DNA of 64,000 bases, from NCBI GenBank assembly GCA_965214935.1, contig CBDCCS010000021.1, forward strand, positions 224,001 through 288,000, read 5' to 3'. The notes below the pieces were generated by a model that did not search any database, was not told the DNA's origin, and was given only the letters and a program-made list of their open reading frames with translations. The DNA is from Candidatus Velthaea sp. GTDB lineage: Bacteria > Vulcanimicrobiota > Vulcanimicrobiia > Vulcanimicrobiales > Vulcanimicrobiaceae. A program made the position numbers and the translations under genes. Below, in pieces: positions 1 through 9,351 of the stretch (the stretch's first letter is position 1; each line of letters starts with the position of its first letter).

Positions 1-1821
1 TCATCCAAGGCGGTGCTCATCAACGGCACCGGTGAAACGTCGCAAGGCATCGAGACCGGCCGCCTGTTCTACAAAGCGCGCACGCTCACGACGACGGGCA
101 ACGGGGTCACGCACGGCGATCGCGCATCGTTTACCACGTGCGAACGGCAGCGCGCGGGTTATCATATTGAAGCAAAAACGCTTGATGTGTTTCCCGGCGA
201 CAAAGCCGTCGCTCGCGATGCCGTTTTGTTCTTAGGTGGTTTTGCGGTCTTCTTTTTGCCGATCGTGGTCATTCCCCTCACGCACGTGGAGGGCGGCCCG
301 AGCCGGCAGACGGGCTTCTTGCCGGTCATCGGCTATTCGCAAACCGAAGGCTTCTACGTCAAAGCGAAGATCGGTTTTGCGCCGAGCGATACCTATTACG
401 GCTATTACCGCGTCGACGAAGAAACGCGCCTCGGCATTGGCTTGGGCTATGTCGCGTTCTTTCGGCGTCAAGACGGCAAACGCGCCGTCGACGTCAACTT
501 TTACCGCTTCAAGAGCAATCAAGGTCAAGCCGATCAAAACAACCTTCAGCTCAACGACAACGAAAATTTTTCGCGCACGTTGCGCGGTCAGTTCGGCGTC
601 AACTATCAAGGTAATTACGCACCGGGAATCTTTTTGCCGCCGAGTTATACGATTACCGGCTCCGTCGCGCACACCCAAGAACGCGAATCGCAAACATATA
701 CATTCAACAAATACGGTGAGGGCTCGCAGCAGTCGTCGCTCGATCTCGGCTTCATCGATCAGCGCACGCTCTCGCCCGCAGTGACGCAAGGCGTGAACGT
801 CAGCTATACCGGTAACAGCAATGCCTACGCCGGCGCGGCGACGATCATCGACTCGTTTCACTTCAATACGCTCACGCACGTGACGACGCGTGGTATCGAC
901 TACGATTTCACCATCGACAAGACGCTGAGCAGCGAACAATCCGGTATCGATCGCTTGCCCGAAATCTTGATTCGGCCGCATGGAACGCTCGATCCGTCGT
1001 TTACCGCGCTGCCGATCACCGCCCAGTTTGCTGCCGGCGAATACAGCGAACACCAATCGCAGGTGCTCGACGCGGCGGGGACGACCGTCGGCGGACTTGC
1101 AACGCAGCGCGCGCAGGCCCAGTTAACCTTCGGTCCCGCGCTGGCGCACTTTCTCGGCAGCGACTTCAATGCATCGGTCATCGCCACCCAAGACATTTAC
1201 GGCACGGGCGATCTCAAAGCGCAAGTGCAGCAAAACGCGAGCTTAACTACGTCGATCGGCAAGCACATCGTCAACGCCATCACGTACTCGGAAGAAAACT
1301 CGAACGGCCCGCAGGCCGAACCGTTCAAGACCTTCGATATCATCGGCGGCGCGTCGCATCAAGCGTCCGACCTCGTGCGCTTTTTCAACGGCGACATTTA
1401 TACGCTAACGCTGCAATCGAGCACGCTGTTCAACCGCTCCGCCCAACCGCTCGAATACCAGCTCAATTACCGTCCGTCGCCCCGCTCTTCGATCGCTCTC
1501 GGCGGCTCATATGTGCCCGGGCCCGGCAACGGCTTTCCGATCACCAACGTGCAAGTCATTACGCCGCTGGGTCGCGGCGCCGACATTGAATTTGCGACCA
1601 ACATCGATTGGAAATCGCGCGGCCGGCTGGAAAGTAAGAACATTTATTACCGGCGCATCATCGGCGACTGCTACGAAGTCAATTTGGCCTACAATCAGGA
1701 CCTCAAACAAGTTACCCTGAACGTCTCGATTCTCGCCTTCCCATCAAGATCGGCAAGCTTCGGACTCGCGACACCGACTTCGATTTTGCCCGGCCAGCTC
1801 AACTTCGCAACCGGCCAATAA
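1..1821 (+). CDS. LptD-like outer-membrane LPS assembly protein (5'-truncated by window edge)
   Basis: Frame open from window start; 'ASFTTC...YHIEAK...VFPGDK' and 'GFLPVIGYSQTEGFY' segments resemble LptD; beta-strand-rich C-terminal region. Confidence 0.7.
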   Translation, partial: SSKAVLINGTGETSQGIETGRLFYKARTLTTTGNGVTHGDRASFTTCERQRAGYHIEAKTLDVFPGDKAVARDAVLFLGGFAVFFLPIVVIPLTHVEGGPSRQTGFLPVIGYSQTEGFYVKAKIGFAPSDTYYGYYRVDEETRLGIGLGYVAFFRRQDGKRAVDVNFYRFKSNQGQADQNNLQLNDNENFSRTLRGQFGVNYQGNYAPGIFLPPSYTITGSVAHTQERESQTYTFNKYGEGSQQSSLDLGFIDQRTLSPAVTQGVNVSYTGNSNAYAGAATIIDSFHFNTLTHVTTRGIDYDFTIDKTLSSEQSGIDRLPEILIRPHGTLDPSFTALPITAQFAAGEYSEHQSQVLDAAGTTVGGLATQRAQAQLTFGPALAHFLGSDFNASVIATQDIYGTGDLKAQVQQNASLTTSIGKHIVNAITYSEENSNGPQAEPFKTFDIIGGASHQASDLVRFFNGDIYTLTLQSSTLFNRSAQPLEYQLNYRPSPRSSIALGGSYVPGPGNGFPITNVQVITPLGRGADIEFATNIDWKSRGRLESKNIYYRRIIGDCYEVNLAYNQDLKQVTLNVSILAFPSRSASFGLATPTSILPGQLNFATGQ

Positions 1822-1992
1822 TCAGTCGGCGGCGTCGCACGGCGAGTGGCCGCACTCGCAAGCGGTCACCGCTTGCTCGTCATCCGTGTCGCGCGAACGG
1901 CAAACGTCGCTGCAATACGCACCGCCGCTAACGCCGCCGGTCACCGTGCACTGGCATTCTTGGTATTCGCAGGGCTGCGTGTAGGTGCTCAT
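1822..1992 (-). CDS. Bacterial metallothionein (SmtA/BmtA-like), 56 aa, not in ORF track
   Basis: Hand translation MSTYTQPCEYQECQCTVTGGVSGGAYCSDVCRSRDTDDEQAVTACECGHSPCDAAD: 8 Cys + 1 His with Cx4CxC, YCSxxC and CxCGHxxC motifs. Confidence 0.8.
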   Translation of the reverse strand: MSTYTQPCEYQECQCTVTGGVSGGAYCSDVCRSRDTDDEQAVTACECGHSPCDAAD

Positions 1993-2285
1993 CGCACGTC
2001 GTGTACCCGGTTAAGCGTAAACACCAATTGCAAGCGCGATGCGCCCGTTCATGAAGACGCCTCCTAACAACCACGCTACACGGACTTGTTAGCGCTCAGT
2101 CTGCGAGCGCACTGCGATGACGACCGTTGCAAGCACGCGCAACGACTGCGTCTCGCAAACAAGCTGGCCTCGAGCGCCGGGCGTGCCGGCGCATCGGAAG
2201 AAGCGCGTTCGCCGGCCGAGTTGCGGTTAACCTGAGCGCGCACTGCGTAGCGGCACCCGCTTCGCATAACCGTCCCCCAGCGACG

Positions 2286-3104
2286 CTAGGGCGAGTTGAT
2301 GATTTCGTAGCCTTGTAGCTGCGCCGATCCGTTACCGAGCGTTCCTGAACCGACGGGTTTGGTGTAGATCTTATCGATGAACTGGGTGGTGTCGATCGAA
2401 TTTGCGTAGGTCGTGTCGGTCGGTCCGCCCAGACCGATCGAGTCCTCGGGCACACCGCTCGGATCGGTTGTAATGAAGTTGATCGCCCAGACATGTTGCG
2501 CGGCGGTTGTCGGCTGAACGTTCGGATTGAGCGTCGGGCTCGCCGACGCTGCAACGGTCGGTGACGCATTGGGCAGCGGCGTCGCGGTTGCCGTCGGGGT
2601 GATGACAGGTGCAGTCGGCGTCGGCGAGCCGCCGGGATTCACCCCGTAGAGCAGCGACCGGTCGAAGTTGATCGTGAATTCACCGCCGCCCGACGGATTG
2701 CCGCCGCTGTTCGGCACATAATTGATGAGTTGCGGCGGAATCGTAACCCGAATAACGCTGAGGCCCGATGCAGTGCCCGGCGCGAGATAGTATTGGAAGA
2801 GGAGCGGTTGACTTGCGGCTTGGTTTCCGCCGACCACTAAAGCGAAGCTGTAGTTGGCAAAACCGGTGAGATACGCTTGGGGCAGCGGCTCGACTTGATT
2901 TCCGTTCGTGTTAAAAACGATGAGATATTGCACGTTGGTGAAGTCGAGCTGACCCACCACACGGAAACGGATGAGCATATGCCCGGATTGAATCGAGTTG
3001 TCGCCGCCGTTGGGAGCATTAAGCCCGGTGACTTGACGCCCACAGGCAGCTAAAATTATCGCTACGATAACGACGGCTAGGCCGAGCCAACGGTACATCT
3101 TCAC
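2286..3104 (-). CDS. Hypothetical lipoprotein with internal Pro/Thr-rich linker
   Basis: Signal peptide ending in lipobox LAA-C; PTPTAP...TPTATATP tract. Confidence 0.75.
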   Translation of the reverse strand: MKMYRWLGLAVVIVAIILAACGRQVTGLNAPNGGDNSIQSGHMLIRFRVVGQLDFTNVQYLIVFNTNGNQVEPLPQAYLTGFANYSFALVVGGNQAASQPLLFQYYLAPGTASGLSVIRVTIPPQLINYVPNSGGNPSGGGEFTINFDRSLLYGVNPGGSPTPTAPVITPTATATPLPNASPTVAASASPTLNPNVQPTTAAQHVWAINFITTDPSGVPEDSIGLGGPTDTTYANSIDTTQFIDKIYTKPVGSGTLGNGSAQLQGYEIINSP

Positions 3105-4632
3105 CTCGCGAACGGTACGCGCGACCGCCCTTGCGTTACCGTGCGCATTCGCGCTTCATTTGGCTTTCCCGCGCGCGGGCTTGCCATGGCTGGCGCCGTT
3201 CGCGCTAGCCGGTCTTTTCGCCGCTTGGATGACGCTCGGCGTTCGCGCGGCCGCAGTGCTAGGTTATTGCTCGGGGCTCGTATTCTTCGCTTGCAGCTTC
3301 GCTTGGTTCGGTGAAACGGCCGGCGCGCTGCTCGGACCGTTTGGTCCGCTTGTCGACATCGGGCCCGCGATGATCGAAGCCGTCGCCTTCGGCCTCACGG
3401 CCGCGCTAGCGTCATCCGCCGCTATGCACTTGCGCGACGCCTGGATTCCGCTTGCCGCGGCCGCCGGATTTACCCTCATGGAACTCGTGCGCTCGAGCGG
3501 ACTCATGGGTGCGCCGCTGTATCAGATCGGCGCCGCCTTCGTCGACACACCGCTCGCACCGATCGCCGCGTTCGGGGGCGTCTATACGGTCACGTTTTGC
3601 GTCGCCATGTTCGCGGCTGCGCTCGGCTGGGTGGTGCTTGCGCCGAGCCGGCGCAGCATCACCCGTGTCGCCGTTAGTGCGCTGGCCATCGTTGCCGTAG
3701 CGGGTGCCGCGCGGGCAGGCTGGCCGGCGCGCACTGTTCCCGCCGGGACGCTGCGCGTCGCGGCGATTCAAGGCAACATCCGGCAGTCCGTTAAGTGGGA
3801 GCCGAGTTCGCTGCCGACGGCCGTGAAGCGCTACACGGATCTGACGTTGCGCGCAGCTTCGTTCAAGCCGGCGTTCGTTCTATGGCCCGAGACCGTAATC
3901 ACGACGGATTTGCAGCTCGATCCCGCATTGGCGAAGATCTCCGCGAATGCAAACCTCGCTTCGGCGGATCGCGCACTGCAGGCGCATTTCAAGGCGCTCG
4001 CGCGCAAGACGGGTGCCGTCCTCGCCGTCGGCAGTAACGAAGCGACCGCAAGCGCAACGTACAACACGCTTTTTTTCTTTGCGCCGGCCGGTGCCGATCG
4101 CACCGTCTATCGTAAACGGCAGCTCGTGCCGTTCGCTGAATTCTTACCCGGCCCGCATTGGCTACGCGGCGCGCCGTTCGCGTCGCTCGTTTCCGATTTT
4201 GGAGCCGGCACCGATCCGGGTCCGTTCGATACGCGCTTGCGCATGGCACCGCTCATCTGCTGGGAAGCCGACTTCAGCGACCTTGCCCAGAGCCAAGCCG
4301 CCCGCGGCGCGCGTTTCTATGCCATCGCTACCGACGATGCGTGGTTCGGCGAATCCGATGGACCGTACGCCCAAGCGCAAATCGCCCAGTTGCGGGCGGT
4401 CGAAACGGGACGCTGGATCGTCCGTGCTGCGGCTACCGGGATTTCGGGAATCATCGCGCCGGACGGCCGTTGGCACGAGCGCAGTTCGCTCGACCGCCAA
4501 GCGGTGATCACCGGTACGATCGGCGAACCGCAACCGACGGTCTACAGCCGGCTCGGGCCGCTGCCGGTCGGCGCGATGCTCGGTGCGCTCGTGGTGATCG
4601 GGTTCGGCGCCGGCCGCCGCCGCCGCCGGTGA
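3097..4632 (+). CDS. lnt: Apolipoprotein N-acyltransferase (first canonical start TTG 3160; TM1-like segment extends upstream, start uncertain)
   Basis: Multi-TM N-terminus plus nitrilase-fold motifs QGNI, WPET, YRKRQLVPFAE, LICWE, NDAWF-like DDAWF, RAVETGR. Confidence 0.9.
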   Translation: MFTSRTVRATALALPCAFALHLAFPRAGLPWLAPFALAGLFAAWMTLGVRAAAVLGYCSGLVFFACSFAWFGETAGALLGPFGPLVDIGPAMIEAVAFGLTAALASSAAMHLRDAWIPLAAAAGFTLMELVRSSGLMGAPLYQIGAAFVDTPLAPIAAFGGVYTVTFCVAMFAAALGWVVLAPSRRSITRVAVSALAIVAVAGAARAGWPARTVPAGTLRVAAIQGNIRQSVKWEPSSLPTAVKRYTDLTLRAASFKPAFVLWPETVITTDLQLDPALAKISANANLASADRALQAHFKALARKTGAVLAVGSNEATASATYNTLFFFAPAGADRTVYRKRQLVPFAEFLPGPHWLRGAPFASLVSDFGAGTDPGPFDTRLRMAPLICWEADFSDLAQSQAARGARFYAIATDDAWFGESDGPYAQAQIAQLRAVETGRWIVRAAATGISGIIAPDGRWHERSSLDRQAVITGTIGEPQPTVYSRLGPLPVGAMLGALVVIGFGAGRRRRR

Positions 4633-5168
4633 ATTTGCTTCTCCGCGCGGCGATCGTTTGCGTCGTGCTCGCGTTTGGCGCCTGGGTCGGGATCGGCATT
4701 TATCGGGCCGGCGGCGACGTTCCGCCACCGCTGCAGAACCCGGAAACAAAGTTGACGACCGGTCACGCAGAGGGCCGGCGCATCGACGGCAAACCGTCGT
4801 GGTCGCTCGATTACGACCGGCTCATTACAAGTGCCGACACATCGGTGGCGACGCTCGATAACGTACGGCATGGCGAGCTCTATCGCCGCGGTAAGCCGTT
4901 CATGCAGATTAAAGCGCAGCACGTCGTCGTCAACACGCTTTCGAACGATTTCATCGCCACCGGTCCGCTCGAACTTATTCAGAATGACGGGACGCAGCGG
5001 CGCCGGATGACGTCGGACGCGGCAAATTACTCCGGTATGTTGAGCACCTTGACGTTACTGCATCCGGCAAATATCGTCACCGATGGAGCAAAAATCAAAG
5101 TCGCATCGGCAACCGTTAATTTCCGCACGGGGAACCTTACCGTCGGCCGGATCTTAGGCATCTTCTGA
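4629..5168 (+). CDS. LptC-like membrane-anchored beta-jellyroll protein
   Basis: GTG overlaps lnt stop (GTGA); single N-terminal TM then beta-rich domain; lpt/lnt context. Confidence 0.55.
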   Translation: MNLLLRAAIVCVVLAFGAWVGIGIYRAGGDVPPPLQNPETKLTTGHAEGRRIDGKPSWSLDYDRLITSADTSVATLDNVRHGELYRRGKPFMQIKAQHVVVNTLSNDFIATGPLELIQNDGTQRRRMTSDAANYSGMLSTLTLLHPANIVTDGAKIKVASATVNFRTGNLTVGRILGIF

Positions 5169-5726
5169 ATGAAGGCAGCCGGAACGCGCCGGCGTGCGAT
5201 GCGCGCCGGCGCAATTTGCACGCTGACCTTTACGGCGCTCAGCGCGCCGGTAACATCCGCACGACCAAACCCGATGCCGGCTTTAGCACCGGCACCGGCC
5301 GCGACGGATCGCATCGGCCGGATGGGTGAATTGATGTCTGAAACTGCGGCCCGGCACGAAATCGCGTTCGGCCCGTTTTCACCGCCGCGACGCATCCTCG
5401 CAACGGCGCTGCTCCCGCCGTTTCACGGCCCGGATATGCGCCGTAATCGCGGTATCGCTTTCGAATACGCCGCCGAATCGGATCGCCGCTACATATTGGC
5501 GCAATGGCCGGCAAACGGCGGAACGATCGTAGCGTTCCGGCAACTGTATTCGGGCGGCTCAGCTTGCCCCGGAGCACGAATTTTTTCTGGGGGTGCAAGT
5601 TCGAGCGGTATCGTATGGTCGACACCGCACGGACTCATTATGACCTTACAAATCGACGGGACGAGCGACGCGCGTACGTTATCTGCCGAGTGGCGATCTC
5701 TCGTTCGGCGCGGCGCTTGCCGTTAG
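5169..5726 (+). CDS. Hypothetical secreted protein
   Basis: ORF abuts upstream stop; signal-like N-terminus. Confidence 0.55.
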   Translation: MKAAGTRRRAMRAGAICTLTFTALSAPVTSARPNPMPALAPAPAATDRIGRMGELMSETAARHEIAFGPFSPPRRILATALLPPFHGPDMRRNRGIAFEYAAESDRRYILAQWPANGGTIVAFRQLYSGGSACPGARIFSGGASSSGIVWSTPHGLIMTLQIDGTSDARTLSAEWRSLVRRGACR

Positions 5727-6079
5727 CCCTTCGATTCTTTCGCTTCGGCTTCTTTCGCCGCTGCCGTTGCCTTTGCGTCGGCGATCAGCTTTTTGACTTT
5801 TTGACCGCCTTTGTGGCCGATCTGCTCGTAAAAATCCGGGCCGTACTTTTCTTTCACGACACGACCGCCTTTTTGACCGATCGACTCGTAAAATTCGGCG
5901 CCGTGACGTTCGCGAGTAGCTTGACCGCCTTTACGTCCGATCGTTTCGTAAAAGCCGGAGCCGTAACGGTCACGAACCGTATCGCCGCCTTTTTTGCCGG
6001 CCTCACGCACCGACATCTCACCTTCGATTTTCGGTACTTTCGCGGCCTTCGCCGGCGCCGGTTTCACATCGTCGGCCAT
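5723..6079 (-). CDS. KGG-repeat (GsiB/Em-like) general stress protein
   Basis: MSVREAGKKGG followed by three 22-aa (Y/H)GxxFYExIGxKGG repeats. Confidence 0.85.
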   Translation of the reverse strand: MADDVKPAPAKAAKVPKIEGEMSVREAGKKGGDTVRDRYGSGFYETIGRKGGQATRERHGAEFYESIGQKGGRVVKEKYGPDFYEQIGHKGGQKVKKLIADAKATAAAKEAEAKESKG

Positions 6080-6082
6080 TGC

Positions 6083-6307
6083 TTACTTCACGCTTTCCGA
6101 AGCCGAACGCTTGAGCTTTTGACCGCCTTTTTGGCCGATCTCCTCGTAAAAAGCCGGGCCGTATTTGGTTTTCGTCGCCTCGCCGCCTTTGCGGCCGATC
6201 GCTTCGTAAAACTCGGAACCGTACTTTGCTTTCACGCGGTCTCCGCCGCGTTTTCCGGCTTCGCGAACGCTCATACCACCGGATTTTTCTTGTTCGCTGC
6301 TTGCCAT
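6083..6307 (-). CDS. KGG-repeat (GsiB/Em-like) general stress protein
   Basis: MSVREAGKRGG plus two YGxxFYExIGxKGG repeats; SD-like GAGGGG upstream. Confidence 0.85.
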   Translation of the reverse strand: MASSEQEKSGGMSVREAGKRGGDRVKAKYGSEFYEAIGRKGGEATKTKYGPAFYEEIGQKGGQKLKRSASESVK

Positions 6308-6350
6308 TCGGACAGACCCCCCTCGAGCTATCGCTCCGTTGCTTTGGATA

Positions 6351-6375
6351 ATTCCCGGCAGGAGCTAGGTTAAAC
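6351..6375 (-). promoter_or_regulatory. SigB-type promoter GTTTAA-N13-GGGAAT upstream of KGG genes
   Basis: Minus strand reads GTTTAA CCTAGCTCCTGCC GGGAAT, matching the B. subtilis SigB consensus; target genes are GsiB-like. Confidence 0.7.
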
Positions 6376-6381
6376 GCTTCT

Positions 6382-7977
6382 TTGTTACAGACTGTCTACG
6401 AGCGTGCCACGATATACGATGGATCCGGAAGTGCGCCGTTTACGACCGACTTGGCGGTCGTTGCCGGCCGCATCGCGCTTATCGGTGATTTAGCGGATCG
6501 TGACGCATACGAGCGCATTTCATGTGCCGGTCTTGCGCTGTCGCCGGGTTTCATCGACGTGCATTCGCACTCCGACGAATTGTGGTTAGCCGACCCGCGC
6601 TGCCTTTCGAAGATTCGTCAGGGTGTTACGACGGAGATCGGCGGTAATTGCGGCTCATCCGCCGCGCCGCTGTTCGGTCATGCAATGGATGAAAAGCGGC
6701 GCGACGCCCGCGTCTATGAACTTCATGTCGAATGGGAAACATTCGACGCTTTTTTTTCGCTTATCGAAGCCCAGGGCGTTGCGCTGAACGTTGCGTCGCT
6801 TGTTGGTCTAGGAACGACTCGGGCTTGCATCAGCGGTTCCAGCGATCGGCGTCTTAGCATCTCGGAGCAAACCGCACAGGAGCGCCTGGTTCGTGAGGCG
6901 ATCGACCACGGTGCTTTGGGTGTGTCCAGTGGATTGATCTACGAACCGTCTCGGTATGCCGATCTATCCGAACTGACAGCATGTGCCGTTGCCGCGCGCG
7001 ATTCGGGTGCGCCGCGTTACGTTACGCACGTTCGTAACGAGGCTGACGAACTTATCAGCGCAATCGCCGAAGCAATTGCGATCGGCAGCGCGGCGGAAGT
7101 CGCCGTACAGTGTTCCCATCATAAAGCCGCCGGCCGCCGCAATTGGGGCAAAGTTCACCAGACGCTCGAGTTGATCGGAGATGCTCGCAATCGCGGAGCC
7201 GATATCGGCATCGATGCCTATCCGTATATCGCAAGTTGGACGGGCCTCGCGACGCTGCTGCCCGACGGCGTCCGGCGCGGCGGCAGCGCAGCGACGCTCG
7301 AACGCTTGCGCGATCCGGAGATCGCAAAAGCGGTCGCGCTTGCGCTCAATTTGCAACGCGATCCGTCACTGGGCGGCGACACGTGGCACGACATTTTCAT
7401 CACCGATGCCGGCAGCGGCCGCAATCGCACCGCCGCCGGCTATCGCCTCGATGAATTAGCACGCGCTTGGCGCATGTCGCCGGCACAATGCACGATCCGG
7501 CTGCTCGTCGAGGAAGAACTGCAGGTACAGTGCGCATTTTTTTCGATGAACGAAGACGACGTTGCGACTGTCTTGAGCGCCGAGTTTTGCTCGATCGGCA
7601 GCGATGCATCGGCGCGCGCTTTCGACGGTATCACCGCTCAAGGCATCCCGCATCCGCGAACCTACGGCTGCTTTCCGCGCGTGTTCGGCCGTTTCGTGCG
7701 CGCGCGGCGGACACTCGCAATCGAAGAAGCGGTACGGCGCATGACGTCGTTGCCGGCGGCCCAATTCGGACTCACTCAACGCGGCACCATTGCGCTGGGG
7801 AATTGGGCCGATCTCGTGCTCTTCGAGCCGAACGCAATCGTCGATCGAGCGACCTACGACGACCCCTTTCTTCCCCCAGCGGGGATTCGCTCTGTGGTCG
7901 TGAACGGTCGCGCGGTGACTCGCAACGGAGAATTTACGCGCGCCTATCCGGGCCGCGTCTTGCGCAACGGGCGATGA
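6382..7977 (+). CDS. N-acyl-D-amino-acid deacylase (D-aminoacylase, amidohydrolase family)
   Basis: PGFIDVHSHSD, QGVTTEIGGNCG, GSD, PHPRTYG, MTSLPA motifs. Confidence 0.9.
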   Translation: MLQTVYERATIYDGSGSAPFTTDLAVVAGRIALIGDLADRDAYERISCAGLALSPGFIDVHSHSDELWLADPRCLSKIRQGVTTEIGGNCGSSAAPLFGHAMDEKRRDARVYELHVEWETFDAFFSLIEAQGVALNVASLVGLGTTRACISGSSDRRLSISEQTAQERLVREAIDHGALGVSSGLIYEPSRYADLSELTACAVAARDSGAPRYVTHVRNEADELISAIAEAIAIGSAAEVAVQCSHHKAAGRRNWGKVHQTLELIGDARNRGADIGIDAYPYIASWTGLATLLPDGVRRGGSAATLERLRDPEIAKAVALALNLQRDPSLGGDTWHDIFITDAGSGRNRTAAGYRLDELARAWRMSPAQCTIRLLVEEELQVQCAFFSMNEDDVATVLSAEFCSIGSDASARAFDGITAQGIPHPRTYGCFPRVFGRFVRARRTLAIEEAVRRMTSLPAAQFGLTQRGTIALGNWADLVLFEPNAIVDRATYDDPFLPPAGIRSVVVNGRAVTRNGEFTRAYPGRVLRNGR

Positions 7978-8651
7978 ATCTCGCGGACCTCGACGATGAG
8001 CGGCGCCGGCGGTTGCTGGCCCACGCCAAATTGCTCAAGTTGAGCCGTAATGATATGGCATACGGGCCGGGCGACCGTGCGGACTGCGTATATTTCGTGC
8101 AAACGGGCCGGGTGAAAATCGTGCGCTCCACCGCGGCCGGAGGCGAAGTCATCGTCGGCATCCGCGACATCGGCGACGTGTTCGGCGAATTGACGTGGCT
8201 TTCCGAACCAGCCGCTCAGCGTAAAACGAGCGCGGTTGCAATCGAATCATCGACGGTGCATTGCATCGTGGTGGCAGACTTTGCGCGCCTCATCGGTGCC
8301 GACGGCGAAATTGCACGAGCGTTCGCTCGCGGTGTAACACGCCGCCTGGCGGCGGCCGAACAAGAGCTCACGGAATTGGCCGGAAAGAGCGTTCCCGGCC
8401 GGCTCGTCGATGTTTTGGGACGCCTGGCCGCCAGTCACGGAGTTGAAGAGCCCGACGGCACGCTGCGTATCGGGATGAATCTTACCCACAAGGATTTGGC
8501 GGATCTTATCGGGACGAGCCGCGAAACGCTAACCAAAGAACTTGCGGTGCTCGTCGACATCGGCTTGCTGCGCGTCGCGCATAAAACGGTCACGCTCGTG
8601 CAGCCGCAAGCGTTTCCGTACGTTCGGATTCGCCGGCGTGAAGCGAACTGA
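7974..8651 (+). CDS. Crp/Fnr family transcriptional regulator
   Basis: ATGA overlap; cNMP-binding domain (GDVFGE) and HTH LTHKDLADLIGTSRET. Confidence 0.9.
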   Translation: MNLADLDDERRRRLLAHAKLLKLSRNDMAYGPGDRADCVYFVQTGRVKIVRSTAAGGEVIVGIRDIGDVFGELTWLSEPAAQRKTSAVAIESSTVHCIVVADFARLIGADGEIARAFARGVTRRLAAAEQELTELAGKSVPGRLVDVLGRLAASHGVEEPDGTLRIGMNLTHKDLADLIGTSRETLTKELAVLVDIGLLRVAHKTVTLVQPQAFPYVRIRRREAN

Positions 8652-9351
8652 GTTTCTCGGAGCTTTGGCCGCCGCCGGCACGGCTCCGCCCGTCCGCCCG
8701 GATATCAGCGCGCAAATCGAGATCCGCCGCGACGCCAGCGAGTTGCTTGCGCCCTTTACGGTCTCGATCGCGGTTCGCAACGTCGTATCGCATACCGTTG
8801 CACTGAACTTTGCCACCGCGGATATGTACCGCATCGATGTGACGCATGCCGGGCAAACGATCTGGTCGACGGCGACGGGTCACAAACCATTGCTCATCGC
8901 GCGCCGGGTCGAAATTGCACCGGGTGTCACCCGGCTCGCCAGTCAGATTGTCGATGGAACCACCGACGACCGCCGCTCGTACGCTCCGGGTGATTACGTC
9001 GTTCATGTCGCACTGCTTGCCGGCGAGCTAGCGACGGCGATCGATCGGACGATCGCCTTTCCGCCGCCGATTTCGATTGCCGAAGCACGCAATACCAACG
9101 GCGGCACCGTGGTCACCATCGCGGGGATCGCACGCAGTGATGCCGGCGTGACGCTCCTGCGCGATGCGAGCGGTTCGCTTCAGCTTTCGCGGCCGCTGGG
9201 ACTTCGACCGACCGGACCGTACGTCGTGCGTGGCTTTATCGACGCCGTTGAAGATACCGTCGTATTCGCCGTCGGACGCTTCGCGCCGGCGTTCGAAAAT
9301 CGTGCCGATGCGCGGCCGCGAGTAACCGCGCTCAGCCTTGGCCGAGATTGA
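8638..9351 (+). CDS. Exported protein with BsuPI-like Ig domain and OB-like C-terminus
   Basis: GTG start, Tat-like KRTEFL signal; 'VRN...V.LNF.T...Y.I.V...G..IW' pattern resembles BsuPI. Confidence 0.55.
   Translation: MKRTEFLGALAAAGTAPPVRPDISAQIEIRRDASELLAPFTVSIAVRNVVSHTVALNFATADMYRIDVTHAGQTIWSTATGHKPLLIARRVEIAPGVTRLASQIVDGTTDDRRSYAPGDYVVHVALLAGELATAIDRTIAFPPPISIAEARNTNGGTVVTIAGIARSDAGVTLLRDASGSLQLSRPLGLRPTGPYVVRGFIDAVEDTVVFAVGRFAPAFENRADARPRVTALSLGRD

Noticed and set aside
5790..6280. Regularly spaced DNA repeats resembling a CRISPR array
   Set aside because: 66-nt period with synonymous variation; explained by the KGG protein repeats; no cas genes
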